From NCBI GenBank assembly GCA_963752535.1, contig CAVVYT010000003.1:138032-202031 (forward strand): a stretch of 64,000 bases of DNA, written 5' to 3'. The notes under the pieces are model-generated. The model saw nothing but the letters and a program-made list of their open reading frames with translations. It was not told the DNA's origin and made no database searches. The position numbers and the translations under genes are program-made. This document shows, in pieces, positions 51,605 through 61,390 of this stretch. This DNA comes from an uncultured Chloroflexia bacterium (lineage in GTDB: Bacteria; Chloroflexota; Anaerolineae; Anaerolineales; Anaerolineaceae). Positions within the stretch are counted from its first letter, which is position 1, and every line of letters begins with the position of its first letter.

Positions 51605-53296
51605 TTATGCCTGCCAGGATGAATTGAAGGTGGTGAGAGCCTGCCGAAGTTTGGCTGTCGTGTTTCGGGGGTGATCTGTTTTGTTCGCGAGAATATCCTT
51701 CACAATCTCAGGGTATGTGACTTCCATAAAGCGTAGGATGAGCAGTCTCCCAGGGTCGAATCTTTCTCCACCGGGATATTATCAGCAAAACCATTGGTCG
51801 CCGCAAAGAGGGAGATGACCTGGTTGGCCAGCGGGAATAGGCGTATACTGCGGTTGTTTTAGGATTTCCTGCAACCGTTGACCGCGGTTGAATTGTGATA
51901 GGGTGACTTTATCCAGATCGGAGCCAAATTGGGCAAAAGCTGCCAATTCACGATAGGCAGCCATTTCCATTCTCAATCTGTCCTGCCACCTGCTTGATCG
52001 CTTTCGTTTGCGCAGATCCACCTACACGGGAAACGGAGATACCGACATTGATTCCCGGGCGAATACCGGCATTGAACAGATTGCTTTCCAGATAGATCTG
52101 TCCATCGGTGATGGAGATAACGTTCGTCGGGATATACGCGGAGACATCGCCCAAGCAGGGTTTCAATGATCGGCAGTGCGGTCAGACGAGCCGCCAGTGC
52201 CTTCGACCGGCAACGATCTTGATGCTTCATCCGCATCGGGCAATCGCTTTCAGTGCCTCCTTCGCCAGATTGATTGAGAGAGCGGACCGTTGAAACATTT
52301 TGCCCATCCTGCGCGTCTGTCATGGTTGACGCCATCGGATTCGGGATAATCTTTGGCAACGATCGCATATTTGCATGGCCATGCGGGCAGCACGTTCCAA
52401 CAAACGGGAATGCAGATAGAAGACATCTCCCGGATATGCTTCACGACCGGGTGGACGTCGGAGGAGCAGGGAAACTTGACGATAAGCCCAGGCATGTTTG
52501 GACAGGTCATCATAAACCACCAACGCGTCACGGCCTGATTCCATGAACTCTTCACCGATGGCACAACCCGCATATGGTGCAATATATTGCATGGCGGCCG
52601 GTTCATCGGCTGCGGCCATCACAACGATGGTATGTTCCATCGCGCCATAATTTTCAAGCAGGGCGATGGTTCTGGCTACCTGAGCTTTTTTCTGTCCGAT
52701 CGCCACATAAATGCAGATCAGGTCTTTGCCCTTTCTGGTTGATGATCGTGTCAATCGCCAGGGCGGATTTGCCGGTCTGGCGGTCGCCAATGATCAATTC
52801 GCGCTGTCCGCGTCCGATCGGGATCATGGCATCAATGGCTTTGATACCGGTCTGGACCGGGTGTGTCCACATCCTGCCGGTCGATCACGCCAGGGGCGAT
52901 CCGTTCGATTGGACGGTATCCGCTGAATTGGATGGCGCCTTTTCCGTCAATCGGTTCTCCAAGGGCGTTGACTGCTCCTGCCGATCAATCCATCGCCTAC
53001 CGGAACAGAAGCGATCCGGCCGGTGGCATGGACCAGCATTCCTTCAATAATGGTGGAGTAATCACCCAGGATGATCACGCCGACGCTGTGCTGTTTCCAG
53101 GTTGAAAGCAATGCCCTTCAACGCCATTTTCAAATTGAACCAATTCCTGCGAGCGGATCTTGGTCAAACCGGATACCCGGGCGATACCATCACCTGCTTC
53201 CAAGACGGTACCGACTTCCGTTAATGCATAGGATGGTTGAAATGCATCAATTTTTTGTTGAATATCAGCGCTGACTTGTTTGATCAGATCGCTCAT
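51605..53296 (-). pseudogene. atpA: F1 ATP synthase alpha subunit, at least 6 frameshifts as assembled
   Basis: Starts [39 protein letters not shown] Walker [68 protein letters not shown] and [13 protein letters not shown] lie in at least 6 different fragments. TAA stop at 51605..51607. Confidence 0.9.
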
Positions 53297-53490
53297 TTAC
53301 CCTCCAACCCGATGAATAACCCGGTTTCAGCCGGGCATGGGATATTTTCTGTATTTTTTATCGGTAAAAGTTCGTGTTTTATGATACCTGAAAGACCAAT
53401 GCTTGTAAAGAAAAGGTTGCAGTGAATGATCTGATTACCTGCGGAACGACACAAACAAGCGCATCTCGAAGGCTATTATTGATTGGTTCA

Positions 53491-54069
53491 TCAGCGTGAG
53501 AAGTATTGCAGCGCGATCCGGATTCTGGTCTCCAGGTCTTGAGGGGTATCCCGCGGGATAGCCTGGAGGGCTGTCTGACTTTCAACGACGCTGTACCCAA
53601 GCGATGTGAGTGCGCTGATCAACTCGGTATCCACATCCGATAAGGTGGAGAGCTGTTCGAGACCGCTCACCTGCTGAATCTTATCCTGCAGATGGAGGAG
53701 GATCTTCTGCGCCGTTTTCTTCCCGACACCGGATACCCGGGCAAATACATCGGCTTGCTCATTCACGATCGCCCGGCGGATGGCATCCATCGAGAGGGTC
53801 GACATGATCGCCAGTGCGATCCTGGGACCTACCCCATTGACACCCAATAACAGGCCGAAGAAATCCCGCCCTTCGATACTGTCAAAGCCATACAGAGTCA
53901 ACGCGTCTTCACGCACGACCAGGTGGGTGTGCAAATACACGGTCGAACCGGTTTGAGCGGTGTCGCAGACCGACCGGGTGGTAAATACCCGCAGTCCGAT
54001 GCCGCCCACCATCACGATCAGACTGTCCGCTTCCGAATGTACCACTTCTCCCCGAATCACTGCGATCAT
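53491..54069 (-). CDS. ruvA: Holliday junction DNA helicase subunit RuvA
   Basis: MIAVIRGEV..., LYGF, and F..LLGVNGVGPRIALAI HhH motifs. 192 aa. Confidence 0.9.
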   Translation of the reverse strand: MIAVIRGEVVHSEADSLIVMVGGIGLRVFTTRSVCDTAQTGSTVYLHTHLVVREDALTLYGFDSIEGRDFFGLLLGVNGVGPRIALAIMSTLSMDAIRRAIVNEQADVFARVSGVGKKTAQKILLHLQDKIQQVSGLEQLSTLSDVDTELISALTSLGYSVVESQTALQAIPRDTPQDLETRIRIALQYFSR

Positions 54070-54896
54070 GTTGATTTCCCTTCCGATTCTTGACCTGTCC
54101 GAAATTGGTGATCCATCTCATAAAGTAAAATCCCGGTCGCCACCGCCAAATTCAGCGAATTGCTGCGGCCACGCATTGGGATCGAAACGACCTCGGTACA
54201 CATGTCCAGATGTCTCTGATCCAATCCCTGCCGCTCACTGCCCATCAGGAGCACCATCGGGTTTGGATAACTCATCGAATGATAGTTTTGTTTCGCCTTG
54301 TCAGAAGCGCCGATGACAGGTATCCGCCTGGCATTGACCCAGGATTCAAATTGATCCAGGGTCGCCTTGACCAATTGAACTGAGAAAATGGCGCCCATGC
54401 TTCCCCGCAGGGCGGTTGGATCGTATGGATCCGTGCAGGAATCCAGCAGGATCACTCCCTTCACACCCGTCGCATCACAGGTGCGGAGGATCGTGCCCAG
54501 GTTGCCGGGGTCCGCCACTTCATCGAGCGCCACCCAGCAGTCACCTGGCTGCTCGGTGATATCAGCCAGGTCCGCCCAACGTTGCCGTAGGACAGCTGCC
54601 AGCCCCTGCGGGCCGTCTTTTTGTGACAGGCTGCGAAAGACATCCGCTGTGACATGGATCACCTTACCCGGAAAATCTCTCTCGAAGGATTGAATCCACT
54701 TTTCTCCGGTATCACTTCGAATCAAGTCGGGAGCGATGATCAAATGTTCAATCTCTGCCCATTGCTGAAGCGCTTCAATGACGATTCGCAGCCCTTCCAC
54801 AAAGTACAGGCCAGATGCAGACCGTTCCTTCCGGTCCGCCAATTTTCGGATCTGTTTGATCTTTGGATTGGCAGTGCTGCTGATGAATTCGGTCAT
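54066..54896 (-). CDS. TrmH/SpoU-family RNA 2'-O-methyltransferase
   Basis: DPGNLGTILRTCDATGV and SLNLAVATGILLYE SpoU motifs. Start set at MTEFISS (54896), giving an ATGA overlap with the ruvC stop. Confidence 0.8.
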   Translation of the reverse strand: MTEFISSTANPKIKQIRKLADRKERSASGLYFVEGLRIVIEALQQWAEIEHLIIAPDLIRSDTGEKWIQSFERDFPGKVIHVTADVFRSLSQKDGPQGLAAVLRQRWADLADITEQPGDCWVALDEVADPGNLGTILRTCDATGVKGVILLDSCTDPYDPTALRGSMGAIFSVQLVKATLDQFESWVNARRIPVIGASDKAKQNYHSMSYPNPMVLLMGSERQGLDQRHLDMCTEVVSIPMRGRSNSLNLAVATGILLYEMDHQFRTGQESEGKST

Positions 54897-55384
54897 GATG
54901 CAGCTCCCTTCCATCGCGCTGTACTCGCGTGGCAGATCGCAATAGCCAGCGCATCGGCAGCATCATCCGGGTGCGGTACTTCAGGGAGATTCAACAATAG
55001 TTTCACCATCTGTTGAATTTGTTTCTTGTCCGCCGCGCCATAACCGGTTACCGCCTGCTTGACCTCATTGGGGGTATACTCCGCCACCGGGATGCCAGCC
55101 TGGGCGAAGGTCATCAGAACAACTCCACGAGATTGTCCCACGGCGAGCGCGCTACTGACATTTCGCTGAAAAAAAAGCTTCTCCACCGCGGCCGAATCAG
55201 GCTGGTGGAGAAGAATATAGGCAGATAATTGTTGATAGACCAGTAACAATCGTTCCGGGGAAGGCATTCCCGCTGGGGTCAGAATTACCCCGTATTCCAC
55301 AACCTTCAATTGGCCTTGATCGTCTTCCTCTATCAGACCATATCCGGTCGTTGCTGTGCCAGGATCAATCCCCAGGATGCGCAT
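54893..55384 (-). CDS. ruvC: Crossover junction endodeoxyribonuclease RuvC
   Basis: MRILGIDPGTATTGYG and ...DDAADALAIAICH catalytic motifs. 163 aa. Confidence 0.9.
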   Translation of the reverse strand: MRILGIDPGTATTGYGLIEEDDQGQLKVVEYGVILTPAGMPSPERLLLVYQQLSAYILLHQPDSAAVEKLFFQRNVSSALAVGQSRGVVLMTFAQAGIPVAEYTPNEVKQAVTGYGAADKKQIQQMVKLLLNLPEVPHPDDAADALAIAICHASTARWKGAAS

Positions 55385-55389
55385 GAAAC

Positions 55390-56145
55390 CTATTCAGCTT
55401 CAAGGGCTGCTATGACCTCGTCAGTCATCTTCAAATTATGGAAGACATCCTGAACATCGTCCAGCTCTTCCAGTGATTCGATGGTTTTCAACACACCGAG
55501 CGCTTTATCCGATTCCAATTCCACTTCCTGAGTCGGAATCATACGGAGACCAGCTTCATCGGGTTGAATTTTCTCTGCCCGCAGTTTTTCGGTGATCACT
55601 TTAAATTGTTCCACTGGGGCAGTGATCTCAGCTATTTCCCCGTCATTCTGCACGTCATCCGCACCGGCATCGACGGCTATCTCGAAGAGATGGTCAGGAT
55701 CCAGGCCTTGCGCAGGGAATGAGAAATAGGAAGCTTTCTTAAACTGCCATCCAACCGCGCCTGCCTCGGCCATGGTGCCACCACTGCGGCTCAGGATATG
55801 CCGGATTTCGGCAACCGTCCGGTTGCGATTTTCGGTAAAGCATTCGACCATGACCGCGACCCCGTGAGCCGCGTAGCCTTCATAGAATACCTGCTCCATC
55901 ACGGTCCCATCTTTGGCGTCGCCGGTACCGCGTTTAATGGCCCGGTCAATGCTATCTTTCGGCATATTGGCAGCCCGGGCACGATCTACGGCCAGCGCCA
56001 GGCGGAAGTTCATGCCGGGATCGCCACCGCCATCACGCGCAGCCATCAATATTTCCCGTGCGAGTCGGGTAAAAACGGCGCCTTTTTTCGCATCAGCGGC
56101 ACCCTTTTTACGCCGAATGGTTGCCCAGTGTGAATGTCCAGACAT
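55390..56145 (-). CDS. yebC: YebC/PmpR-family transcriptional regulator
   Basis: MSGHSHWATIRRKKGAADAKKGAVFTRLAREI is the family N-terminus. ATG at 56145 with AGGAG upstream. The ORF-track extension to 56259 is spurious. Confidence 0.9.
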   Translation of the reverse strand: MSGHSHWATIRRKKGAADAKKGAVFTRLAREILMAARDGGGDPGMNFRLALAVDRARAANMPKDSIDRAIKRGTGDAKDGTVMEQVFYEGYAAHGVAVMVECFTENRNRTVAEIRHILSRSGGTMAEAGAVGWQFKKASYFSFPAQGLDPDHLFEIAVDAGADDVQNDGEIAEITAPVEQFKVITEKLRAEKIQPDEAGLRMIPTQEVELESDKALGVLKTIESLEELDDVQDVFHNLKMTDEVIAALEAE

Positions 56146-56242
56146 AGATTGTCTCCTAGTGCATGAATAAAAAGCAAACGTTATTATACCAAAGAATATT
56201 CTTCGCCTGCCCTGCCCCAGATCGCAATACCCGCTTATTGCG

Positions 56243-57013
56243 TCAGACGGGACCAACACCTACTACCGGATTGGTCAACTCACCGATTCCTTCAACGGTC
56301 ACCCGGACCGAATCACCCTGTTTTAATCCGCCCACACCGGCCGGCGTCCCCGTCAGGATCAAATCGCCCGGTTCAAGGGTCATGATCGAGGTGATAAATG
56401 CCACCAGTTCATAGATGGGGAAGATCATATCCTTGGTTGAGTTCATCTGACGGAGTATCCCATTTACATGGGTTGAGATCAGCAGATCAAACGGGTCGAC
56501 GCTTGTATCGATCCATGGGCCAACCGGGCAAAAGGTATCGAAGCCCTTCGCGCGAGTCCACTGGTTATCCTTGTGTTGAAGGTCGCGCGCGGTCACATCA
56601 TTGGCGATGGTGTAACCCAGGATAAATTGTCTGGCTGTTTCGGTGGTGATGTTTTTCGCCCGCTTTCCGATCACCACAGCCAGCTCGCCTTCATATTCAA
56701 CCTGTTGAGACTGGGGCGGCAGGATGATCGCTTCGCCCGGCGCGATCAAAGCAGATGGCGGTTTGAAGAAGATCAGCGGTTCGGTGGGCAGGTCGGCGCC
56801 CTGTTCGCGGGCATGCTCTGCATAATTGCGACCCACGCCAATGATCTTGGTCGGGGCTACCGGCGGGAGAAGCTTCACTTTGCGCAAAGGGATGGACACT
56901 TCCTGGCGCTGAAACGCGCCGAAGATCGACCCGTCCACCAGACCAACCTGATCTTCCACGATCCACCCTTGATGTACCTGATTGTCACTATCCTCAAAAC
57001 GCACAAATCTCAT
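56243..57013 (-). CDS. Fumarylacetoacetate hydrolase (FAH) family protein
   Basis: 256 aa with YEGELAVVIGK, ANDVTARDLQ and PGDLILTGTPAGVG, typical of FAH-family hydrolases/isomerases. Confidence 0.85.
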   Translation of the reverse strand: MRFVRFEDSDNQVHQGWIVEDQVGLVDGSIFGAFQRQEVSIPLRKVKLLPPVAPTKIIGVGRNYAEHAREQGADLPTEPLIFFKPPSALIAPGEAIILPPQSQQVEYEGELAVVIGKRAKNITTETARQFILGYTIANDVTARDLQHKDNQWTRAKGFDTFCPVGPWIDTSVDPFDLLISTHVNGILRQMNSTKDMIFPIYELVAFITSIMTLEPGDLILTGTPAGVGGLKQGDSVRVTVEGIGELTNPVVGVGPV

Positions 57014-57090
57014 GGGTTATCCTTCAAAGCGGGCATATCTTAAGTAGATTGTACTCAAAATTCATGAATACGGTATAATACAAACCGTTC

Positions 57091-57164
57091 GGGCGGGTAG
57101 CTCAGTTGGTTAGAGCACATCGCTTACACCGATGTGGTCGCAGGTTCGAGTCCTGTTCCGCCCA
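57091..57164 (+). tRNA. tRNA-Val (anticodon TAC)
   Basis: Hand-folded: acceptor GGGCGGG/TCCGCCC (one G-U pair), D stem GCTC/GAGC, anticodon stem CATCG/CGATG with loop CTTACAC, T stem GCAGG/CCTGT with loop TTCGAGT, discriminator A. Confidence 0.9.
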
Positions 57165-57173
57165 CACAGACCA

Positions 57174-57203
57174 ACCTCTCCTCGTGGAGAGGTTTTTGTT
57201 TTC
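57174..57203 (+). terminator. Intrinsic terminator after tRNA-Val
   Basis: Stem ACCTCTCC, loop TCGT, stem GGAGAGGT, followed by TTTTTGTTTT. Confidence 0.8.
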
Positions 57204-57259
57204 CATTAATCATCAGTGATTTCATTTACCAATGGATCCCAAGTCTGAGATTATCAGAC

Positions 57260-57288
57260 AAAAAAAGATCCAGCAACGATGCTGGATC
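57260..57288 (-). terminator. Intrinsic terminator of corA
   Basis: On the minus strand: stem GATCCAGCA, loop TCGT, stem TGCTGGATC, followed by T7. Confidence 0.8.
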
Positions 57289-57309
57289 CCAACTTACATG
57301 CAATCTGGA

Positions 57310-58242
57310 TTAGAACCAATCGCGTTTGATGAAGATGATCACCGTCACCGCGCACATGACGATGAACAGGACAATGATCCATAGATAAGAAAATGGATGC
57401 GCCGCGCCCGGGATGGGCACATTCATGCCAAAATAACTGGTCACGATGGTCGGGATGCTCAGAATGATGGTCATGGACGCAAGGAATTTCATGACCACGT
57501 TCAAATTGTTCGAGATGATCGAGGCGAAAGCGTCCATCATGGAGCTGAGAATGTTGTTGCTGATGTCGGTCATTCCCAACGCCTGCTGGTTTTCAGTGAT
57601 GACATCTTCCAACAGATCTTCGTCCTCGGGGTACTGGGTGAACAATTTCATTTTCTGAAGCCGTTCCATCAGCACTTCATTAGCCCGGATGGCGGTGGTG
57701 AAATACACCAGGCTTTTCTGATACTTGAGCAACTCCAATACTTCCTTGTTCCGCATGGAAGTTTGCAGCTTGTCTTCGACCAATTCGGTCATTTTGTTGA
57801 TCTCACGCAGATGGGCAAGGTATTGCGACGCGATCCCCAGCAACAGACGCAGGATGAATCGGTATCTTTTGCCCGTGGAAAGACCTTTTGCCCGGCTGGC
57901 CGCGAAATCCCTCAGGACGTCGCATTCCTGTTTGCACACGGTCAGAATAAACCGGTCATTGACAACAATGCCCAGAGGGATGGTTGAATAAGGGATGTCT
58001 GACACTGCGCCCTGGTAGACCGGTATCCGGACGATGATGAGCAAAGTCCCATCATCTTCCCGCTCGGATCGGGGGCGTTCGTCCACATCCAGAGGATAGG
58101 TAATAAAATCAGTTGGAATTCCCAGATCTTTGATCCTGAAGATCTCATCCGGGTCTGGGTCAACCATGTTGATCCAGCAGTTGTTCACGACTTCGGTGAA
58201 CTGTTCAATGCCGTTTTCTGTCGATTTGTAGATCTTGAACAT
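57310..58242 (-). CDS. corA: CorA-family Mg2+/Co2+ transporter
   Basis: YFGMNV (GMN motif) before the last TM helix and a CorA-like cytoplasmic domain. Start set at MFKIYKS (58242). Confidence 0.85.
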   Translation of the reverse strand: MFKIYKSTENGIEQFTEVVNNCWINMVDPDPDEIFRIKDLGIPTDFITYPLDVDERPRSEREDDGTLLIIVRIPVYQGAVSDIPYSTIPLGIVVNDRFILTVCKQECDVLRDFAASRAKGLSTGKRYRFILRLLLGIASQYLAHLREINKMTELVEDKLQTSMRNKEVLELLKYQKSLVYFTTAIRANEVLMERLQKMKLFTQYPEDEDLLEDVITENQQALGMTDISNNILSSMMDAFASIISNNLNVVMKFLASMTIILSIPTIVTSYFGMNVPIPGAAHPFSYLWIIVLFIVMCAVTVIIFIKRDWF

Positions 58243-58433
58243 TGAACACCTCCTCGCGGATGGAGTATTGCCTGACTTAGCGGGCACATTATTTTACCCC
58301 TTGTTGACATAATCCGTCAGGTTAAACCCTCGTATTGATAGAGTCAAAAACCCGCCTTTTCTTCGAGTTGGTTCTGGCGGGTCTGATGACTCACGATCTA
58401 TTGCTGAAAGAATTGACCAGTCTCCCAAAGAGA

Positions 58434-59546
58434 CTAATCAAGATCGACGACGAATTTTCCGTCCTTATGGAACAGAATATCATCCACCCAAATTTCACCG
58501 CCGTTTCGCATATCACAGATCATATCCCAGTGGATATCCGAGCGGTTGTGGCTGCCTGATTCCGGGAAACCAGTCCCGACCGCACAATGAAAACTGCCGC
58601 CGATCTTTTCATCAAATAGTATTTCGCCGGTAAACCGGTCGATGGCATAATTCGTCCCGATCGCCCATTCACCAACATATCGGGCGCCTTCATCCGTGTC
58701 CAGTGTTTTGATCAGGAAATCTTCATTTTTATCTGCGGTCGCCTTCACCACTTTCCCGTTTTCAAACTGTAAGCGGATCCCGGATACTTCTCTTCCGTTA
58801 TAGATCGCCGGATAGGAGTAATGTACATATCCTTCCATGCTGTCTTCAATCGGACTGGTGAAGATCTCACCATCAGGCATGTTTTCTTTCCCGTCACAAT
58901 TGATGAATGGCCGTCCATCAATTTGCATTCGCAGGTCTGTGTCTTTACCAATGACATGGATCGTCTTGCGCCCTTCCAACCAGCGAATGAGTTTGGCCTG
59001 GTAGGCAGAGACCTTCTTCCAATGCCCAACCGGATCATCCATATCCGGCAAGCAGGCGGAGTAGACAAAGTTTTCATACTCTTCCAGGCTCATGTTCGCT
59101 TCCATGGCATGTGCGGATGAGGGGAAGATCGCGACTGTCCAATGATATTCCCCTTTCGCCGCTCTCTCCAGCATCGTATTCATAAGTTCGCCATAGGCTT
59201 TCCCATAGACAACCATTTTTTCCGGATCGATGTTTGTCATCTCTTTTGGATTGCTGTCAGATACGATCCTGAACCGGGTGTCGAACTTTTCGAAGAAATA
59301 ACGATATGGTTCACTGATAAACGATAATTGTTCATCAGAGGCAGATTTTAGGAAGGTATAAACCTGTCCATCGAATATCGGGAGCATGAAAGGATGGGCT
59401 CCATTTGCCAATACTCTGCGATAGATCGCCATCAACAGTGGCTGAGCATTCATCTCACCCTGTATTAGAACCTGTTGTCCTTTTTGTACATCAGTACAAT
59501 AATTCACCAGTACGTCGGCCAGTTTTTCCACTCTTGGATCATTCAT
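58434..59546 (-). CDS. M29-family aminopeptidase (AmpS/PepS-like)
   Basis: 370 aa. MNDPRVEKLADVLVNYCTDVQKGQQVLI... and ...GEILFDEKIGGSFHCAVG are typical of thermophilic metalloaminopeptidase family M29. Confidence 0.85.
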   Translation of the reverse strand: MNDPRVEKLADVLVNYCTDVQKGQQVLIQGEMNAQPLLMAIYRRVLANGAHPFMLPIFDGQVYTFLKSASDEQLSFISEPYRYFFEKFDTRFRIVSDSNPKEMTNIDPEKMVVYGKAYGELMNTMLERAAKGEYHWTVAIFPSSAHAMEANMSLEEYENFVYSACLPDMDDPVGHWKKVSAYQAKLIRWLEGRKTIHVIGKDTDLRMQIDGRPFINCDGKENMPDGEIFTSPIEDSMEGYVHYSYPAIYNGREVSGIRLQFENGKVVKATADKNEDFLIKTLDTDEGARYVGEWAIGTNYAIDRFTGEILFDEKIGGSFHCAVGTGFPESGSHNRSDIHWDMICDMRNGGEIWVDDILFHKDGKFVVDLD

Positions 59547-59582
59547 GAAAGTCTCCTTTTTCTACACAATAAAACGGATCAT

Positions 59583-60161
59583 TTATTCGATCTGGTAGCG
59601 GACAATCGGATGCGCGCCGTCATTGTCGTGGACGACTTGAAATCCAAGCCGCGTGAATACCTTTAATATTCCGGTATACCCCTCATCGGCCGGAATACTG
59701 TCGCTCTCAGGTATGGTTGGATACGCTTCCAGAATATGACCGCCGAGTTGCCTGACATATTCGATCGCTTCTCGAATCAGGAAGATCGTGACGCCTTTTC
59801 TGCGATAATCTGATGCGGTAAAAAAACAGGTCAACGACCAGACCGGCTGATCGTCCAACCGTTTGTACACCCGGGATCGTTCCAACGAGGAATAATTTTC
59901 TCTTGGGGAAAATGCGCACCATCCAACCGGACGATCTCCAGCATAGGCCAGAAGTCCAACCGGTTGACCGGTCTCCACGATGGATTTAAGGTAGTGTTGA
60001 TTCTTCTCTCCCCTGTTCAGGTTGTAGTCTTTTCTTGATTGGCGAAAAAAAGTACACCAGCATCCACCATATGCACCGCGCGATCCAAATAATTGGATCA
60101 AGTCGCTCCAGGTTTCAGTCGTGAGCGGTTTGGACATAAACGATCGTTGATCAGAATCCAT
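59583..60161 (-). CDS. GNAT-family N-acetyltransferase
   Basis: RRKGVTIFLIREAIEYVRQLG acetyl-CoA-binding-type motif. 192 aa; the start is uncertain. Confidence 0.8.
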   Translation of the reverse strand: MDSDQRSFMSKPLTTETWSDLIQLFGSRGAYGGCWCTFFRQSRKDYNLNRGEKNQHYLKSIVETGQPVGLLAYAGDRPVGWCAFSPRENYSSLERSRVYKRLDDQPVWSLTCFFTASDYRRKGVTIFLIREAIEYVRQLGGHILEAYPTIPESDSIPADEGYTGILKVFTRLGFQVVHDNDGAHPIVRYQIE

Positions 60162-60296
60162 GTTGTCCTCCGGTTCAAAATATCCTGGTCTGCGAATTGA
60201 GATGGATCACTCCAATAAGCTCTGACTTGCTTAAATATACCCGATAATATAGACTCAAAACTGTGGTTGAATACCCTAATTTATGGAGGTGAACCG

Positions 60297-61131
60297 ATGC
60301 GATCTGAGATCCGTATGCATGCCAGTGATGGGATCGAATTAGTGGGTAATCGGTGGTTGCCTGAAACCCCACCCAAGGCATCCATTTGTCTGATCCATGG
60401 TCTGGGCGAGCATACCGGAAGATATGCCTGGGTCGCAGATTATTCTGAACCACCACGGGTTTTCTGTTACCGGTTTTGATCTTCATGGTCATGGTAAATC
60501 GGGCGGGGTACGAGGACATTTCGCCAGTTATGAACGTGCATTGGATGATATTCAGGAAAGCCTGGATTATATCTCCAATGAGGAAGGCAAACCGGTTGAT
60601 TTTATATATGGTCATAGCTTGGGTGGTAATCTGGGACTCAATTTCCTGATTCGCCGTAAACCCACATTGAAAGGCGCAGTCATCACCAGCCCTGGATTAC
60701 GAACCTATCAACCCACCCCCAGATGGAAACTGACTTTCGGAAAGATGCTGTATGGTCTGGCCCCCACCTTCTTGTTGGATAATGGTCTTGATCTCAATTA
60801 CTTATCCCGAGATCCCGAGGTTAAAGTAATATACAAACAGGACCCGCTGACTCATGGATTCATATCCGCGCGGTTTGGATTGGATTTCCTCCAGGCAGGC
60901 GAATGGGCAATTCAACATGCCAAAGAATTACACACACCCGTCTTGTTGCAGGTTGGATCGCAGGATCATTTGATCTCTTTTGATGCTGCCAAAGAATTTG
61001 CTCGAAACGCCCCCGGCTGTGACTTTATCCCCTGGGAAGGGTTATACCATGAGACGCATAATGAACTTGAGAAGGAAGAAGTGTTGGCAGTAATGGTCCG
61101 TTGGTTGGATGAGCACATTGAAAAAAAATAA
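60297..61131 (+). pseudogene. Alpha/beta hydrolase (monoacylglycerol lipase/lysophospholipase-like), 1 frameshift as assembled
   Basis: MRSEIRMHASDGIELVGNRWLP...CLIHGLGEHTGRYAWVA (60267..60479 frame) joins ...ILNHHGFSVTGFDLHGHGKS...GHSLGG... (60397..61131). GGAGG lies upstream of ATG 60297. Junction at ~60435. Confidence 0.8.
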
Positions 61132-61306
61132 ATCCACTTTAGGGTGTGTAGGTAGAGGCTCTTTATCTTGACCTCCTTACACGTGCGTACTACAATTATT
61201 CTGGAGTAAAGAATGATTTATAACCATCTCTTCGTCCATGATCCCATCCACGTCTTGTTGTTGCTAGCCCTGGTGATAGGGTGAGGAGAGGAATCAAATA
61301 GCGAAT

Positions 61307-61341
61307 GTGCCCGATTATCCCATGGATTTTCGGGCACTTTT
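61307..61341 (+). terminator. Terminator-like hairpin in the leader of the SHMT-fusion gene
   Basis: Stem GTGCCCGA, 15-nt loop, stem TCGGGCAC, followed by TTTT. It lies 50 nt upstream of ATG 61391 and 175 nt downstream of the hydrolase stop. It could be an attenuator or simply the terminator of the hydrolase gene. Confidence 0.45.
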
Positions 61342-61390
61342 ATCCATGGAATGGGAATGATCATCCAATTCATTCAAGTCAGGAGCAAAA

